From positions 8,841-72,840 of the forward strand of contig WGFZ01000067.1 of the NCBI GenBank assembly GCA_015491955.1: a DNA stretch of 64,000 bases, in the 5' to 3' direction. Positions 60,762 through 64,000 of this stretch are shown piece by piece (position 1 is the stretch's first letter; every line of letters starts with the position of its first letter). This DNA is from Nitratifractor sp. (lineage in GTDB: Bacteria > Campylobacterota > Campylobacteria > Campylobacterales > Sulfurovaceae). The notes beneath the pieces were generated by a model, which saw only the letters and a program-made list of their open reading frames with translations, was not told the origin of the DNA and ran no database searches. A program made the position numbers and the translations under genes.

Positions 60762-61679
60762 CTATTTAGCCATCTGTTTAGCAACTTCAGCAGCAAAATC
60801 CTCTTCAACTTTCTCTACACCCTCACCGAGTTCAAAACGAATATAATCAACAAGTTTTGCACTTCCACCAGCCTCTTTAGCTACTTTTGCAACATAATCA
60901 CCCACACTGATTTTATCGTCCATAACAAACTTTTGATTCTCAAGTGTATTATCTTGTAAGAAACGCTTAATTTTACCAGGAAGAATCTTTTCAAGAATTT
61001 GCTCAGGTTTACCCTCTTTTAGGAGTTGTTCTCTAGCAATCTCTTTCTCTTTTTCAATAGTTTCAGCAGGAACAGCCTCTTCATTTAAATAAGTAGGATT
61101 CATAGCGGCCGCGTGCATTGCTACATTTTTAAGAGCTTCAGCTACAGCAGATTGAGCCTCAGTACTTTCACACTCAGCAGCAACAATAACACCTACACGC
61201 CCACCAGCGTGAACATAACCATTAACAACAACATTATTAGCACCATCAATTCTTGCTACACGACGAATTACAAGATTCTCACCAATAGTTGCAATTTGTA
61301 GTGCTAGATACTCACTAAAGTTTTGTCCAGATATTTCACTCTCTAAAATCTCTTGGGCAGTTGCAAGATTTTGTGTGAAAGCGTGTGAAACTACTTCACT
61401 TGTAAAGCTTTGAAACTTTTCATTTTTAGCAACAAAGTCTGTTTGAGAATTTATCTCAACCATTAAAGCAGAGTGTCCATCAACTTTAATAGTAATTGTA
61501 CCCTCAGCAGCTACTTTATCAGCCTTCTTAGCAGCAGCTCCAAGCCCCTTTTTACGAAGCCACTCAACAGCACCGTCCATATCTCCATCAGTAGCACTAA
61601 GAGCTTGTTTACAGTCCATCATACCAGCATCAGTCATTTCACGAAGTTTTTTAATATCTTTTGGTCCAAAATTTGCCAT
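60762..61679 (-). CDS. tsf: Elongation factor Ts
   Basis: KKLREMTDAGMMDCK, EINSQTDFVAKN, DFAAEV; true start ATG 61679 (GGAG inside the rpsB 3' end), not 61757. Confidence 0.97.
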   Translation of the reverse strand: MANFGPKDIKKLREMTDAGMMDCKQALSATDGDMDGAVEWLRKKGLGAAAKKADKVAAEGTITIKVDGHSALMVEINSQTDFVAKNEKFQSFTSEVVSHAFTQNLATAQEILESEISGQNFSEYLALQIATIGENLVIRRVARIDGANNVVVNGYVHAGGRVGVIVAAECESTEAQSAVAEALKNVAMHAAAMNPTYLNEEAVPAETIEKEKEIAREQLLKEGKPEQILEKILPGKIKRFLQDNTLENQKFVMDDKISVGDYVAKVAKEAGGSAKLVDYIRFELGEGVEKVEEDFAAEVAKQMAK

Positions 61680-61680
61680 A

Positions 61681-62502
61681 TTACTTCTCCTCTTTACTCT
61701 CACTAGCTTCAGCTTTTGCCTCTTCAACGATAGCTTTAACTTCCTCTTCACTAACACCAGCAGCTACAGCGGCCTCTTCATTGATAGCACCACTTTGTGT
61801 AGCACCTTCACCATTTGCTTCATCAAAAATAGCTTTTCCCTCGATAATAGCATCAGCCATTTCACGACAGAAGAGATTGATAGAGCGAATAGCATCATCA
61901 TTTCCTGGGATTGGATAGTCAATCAAATCAGGATCGCAGTTTGTATCAAGAGGAGCGACAACTTTCATACCCATACGACGAGCCTCTTTTACAGCAATAT
62001 GCTCTTTTACTGCATCAACAACAAACATCATATCAGGGAGTTTTTTCATATTACGGTAACCCTCAAGATAACTTAGGAGCTTCTCTTTTTTACGACGAAG
62101 CATTAAAGCCTCTTTTTTAGTTAAGAGATTAATTTGACCATTCTCTTCCATCTGCTCAATAATCTCAAGCTTACGGATAGATTTTTTAATTGTAGGGTAG
62201 TTTGTAAGCATACCACCTAGCCATCTTGTAGCTACAAAAGGCATTCCTGCACGCTCTGCGTGTTCTTTAACTGCACTTCTAGCTTGTTTTTTAGTTCCAA
62301 CAAATAAGACAGTCTTACCCTCAGCAGCCGCATCACGAACTACATTATATGTATATTTGAAATAACGAAGTGTCTTTTGAAGGTCAATAATATAGATATT
62401 TTTTCTCTCACCAAAAATAAATTTTTTCATTTTTGGATTCCAACGACGAGTTTGGTGTCCAAAGTGTACTCCACACTCTAATAAATCTTTCATAGTTACC
62501 AT
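61681..62502 (-). CDS. rpsB: 30S ribosomal protein S2
   Basis: [40 protein letters not shown]. Confidence 0.98.
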   Translation of the reverse strand: MVTMKDLLECGVHFGHQTRRWNPKMKKFIFGERKNIYIIDLQKTLRYFKYTYNVVRDAAAEGKTVLFVGTKKQARSAVKEHAERAGMPFVATRWLGGMLTNYPTIKKSIRKLEIIEQMEENGQINLLTKKEALMLRRKKEKLLSYLEGYRNMKKLPDMMFVVDAVKEHIAVKEARRMGMKVVAPLDTNCDPDLIDYPIPGNDDAIRSINLFCREMADAIIEGKAIFDEANGEGATQSGAINEEAAVAAGVSEEEVKAIVEEAKAEASESKEEK

Positions 62503-62554
62503 TGTTTGCTCCTTGATTTATAGCAATTTTTTAAATCTTAAAATAGATCACCTC

Positions 62555-62630
62555 AGGTTTAAACCTCTACAGCCCTTAATGCCAACAATCTACTTAGCAC
62601 AACCTGTTCAAGGAATAACTGTATGAGAAT
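62555..62630 (-). ncRNA. rpsB leader (t44-like S2 autoregulatory RNA element)
   Basis: In the rpsB 5' UTR: CUCAUACAG...GGUUGUGCU...GGGCUGUAGAGGUUUAAACC; UACAG/CUGUA stem and GAGG...AACC tail resemble the t44/rpsB leader. Confidence 0.6.
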
Positions 62631-62684
62631 TTCAACTACCCTAGTAGAGGGCGGAATGTTATCTAAAATTGGCTAAGAATTAAT

Positions 62685-64000
62685 TTAATACTTCTTACGT
62701 AAAAAATCTAAGATAGCTCTTCTTAAATTTTTAAACCTATAGGACTCTTTTGAGTATCGAACTTGGTGGTAGAGTCTATCTATATTTTGAATATCTTCTA
62801 TTTTTCTAATGTCTTTACTACTATAACGACTAAATAGTTGATGGAGTGTCTCTCCTGTTTTTTGAGTATAGCCCTCTTTTTTAAGTCTTTTAAATAGTCT
62901 AGCCATAAGGCAAGATATTTTATTTGGACAAGGAGTTCTACGTAGATATATCATTAGTAAAATACTAAAAATAATAAGTCCAACAAGTGAAGAGATAAAT
63001 TTAAGTGCAAAATCTCTATCTTTAAGGCTATTTAATAGTTTCATCTGTCGGAAGTGGCTATAGTTTAAAATCCAACTTTGAATCTGATACTTCCAATAGA
63101 GTATATAGAGGTTGATAGTTTGCAACTCTCCTTTAATATTATTAGAACTATTTTTACTAAGTAACTTTGCACTCTTAATATCTATCCTTTTAGCAGTGGT
63201 AGTTGGGTCAATACGAATCCAATGCTCTTTTATATATATCTCTGTCCAAGCGTGAGCATCTTTTTCTCTAATCACTAGATAGTTTTTAACACTATTAGAG
63301 TGTTTTGCCTTATATCCTGTAACAACTCTTGCAGGAAGCTTTGCTAAACGTGCAAGTGTTACAAAAGAGTTTGCAAAATGTACACAGTAACCCTCTTTTT
63401 TATTAAAGAGGAAATCATCTGTACTATGATTTAAATCTAATGGTTTTGGTTGGAGAGAGTATGATAAATTAGCCTCTTTAAAGATATTTAAAAGTGCATT
63501 TAAACGCTCTTTTGCTTTTGGATAATCTAGTATAAGCTCTTTTGCCAATTTAGCACTCTTAGGATTTCTAGTAGCATTTACATCTAAAGCATATTTTAGT
63601 ACATCTTTAGAGATATATTTACCATAACGATAATTGAGAACTGAACCTGCCTCATAGTGTTGTACTTCACTAATAGGCTTAGATAGTTTCACTTCAAAAT
63701 CTGCATCAATTCTAGCCCCTTTTGGTGCTTCAATAGGAAGATCTAATTGATATAACCAAGTTTTAAAGGTTGGATATAGAGATACTTTATATGCAATAGT
63801 ATCTGCCTCTTTTTGTACCATACCATTTTGAAGATAGTGTTTTGGAGAAAATCGTCTCTTAATTTTATGAGGAAGTGCCTCCCAATGGTCAATCATATTT
63901 TTGTAGAGTACACTACCTCTAAAATAGAGTCTATTATCTGCTGGAACTCTTTTTGGAAAACTAACCTCCATTACAATACGATTTGATGGTACTAATAGTG
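62685..64000 (-). CDS. Transglutaminase-like protein (TgpA / DUF3488 type), 5' part outside the window
   Basis: YFRG, GYCVHFA, ARVVTGY, AHAWTE, RIDPT (Cys-His-Asp triad); frame stays open to position 64000. Confidence 0.88.
   Translation of the reverse strand, partial: LLVPSNRIVMEVSFPKRVPADNRLYFRGSVLYKNMIDHWEALPHKIKRRFSPKHYLQNGMVQKEADTIAYKVSLYPTFKTWLYQLDLPIEAPKGARIDADFEVKLSKPISEVQHYEAGSVLNYRYGKYISKDVLKYALDVNATRNPKSAKLAKELILDYPKAKERLNALLNIFKEANLSYSLQPKPLDLNHSTDDFLFNKKEGYCVHFANSFVTLARLAKLPARVVTGYKAKHSNSVKNYLVIREKDAHAWTEIYIKEHWIRIDPTTTAKRIDIKSAKLLSKNSSNNIKGELQTINLYILYWKYQIQSWILNYSHFRQMKLLNSLKDRDFALKFISSLVGLIIFSILLMIYLRRTPCPNKISCLMARLFKRLKKEGYTQKTGETLHQLFSRYSSKDIRKIEDIQNIDRLYHQVRYSKESYRFKNLRRAILDFLRKKY

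Noticed and set aside
61680-61757. 26-aa N-terminal extension of EF-Ts in the ORF track
   Set aside because: Overlaps the rpsB 3' end; ATG 61679 has an SD and matches normal EF-Ts starts
1-64000. Search for tRNA, rRNA, CRISPR arrays, IS elements, integrases and prophage genes
   Set aside because: None recognised; intergenic gaps are short and no regularly spaced direct repeats were seen by eye

Overview
AT-rich chromosomal window, gene-dense and mostly on the minus strand, from a Campylobacterota (Epsilonproteobacteria) bacterium. The gene set and order (cbpA-hspR, cts/MSHA-like locus, scattered atp genes, split MnmC, TGnTATAAT promoters) suggest a Sulfurovum/Nitratifractor-like organism; this is inference. 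Most of the window is housekeeping: hslUV, rplI, hemL, ruvA, uvrA, queD, ppa, hemJ, crcB, purH, kdsB, era, glyS, gpsA, gatB, atpB, ffh, tsf, rpsB. I see no rRNA, tRNA, CRISPR array, transposase or integrase. The best candidate for an undescribed system is a six-gene convergent cluster at 7019-14676 that looks like a synthase-dependent exopolysaccharide machine. It encodes a TPR + YaiO-type barrel, a membrane-anchored HEAT-like protein, a processive GT2, a Cys-less phosphatase-fold protein, a GH18-like TIM barrel and a CE4 deacetylase. The second accessory module is an atypical di-heme cytochrome c peroxidase coupled to a periplasmic-sensor GGDEF-EAL protein (53138-56218). Regulatory signals read from the DNA: a perfect FNR-type box over the SOR-like promoter, a HAIR-like operator plus an SD-covering hairpin before cbpA-hspR, three probable leaderless genes and the rpsB leader RNA. 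All family assignments come from motif recognition by eye; no database search was run.
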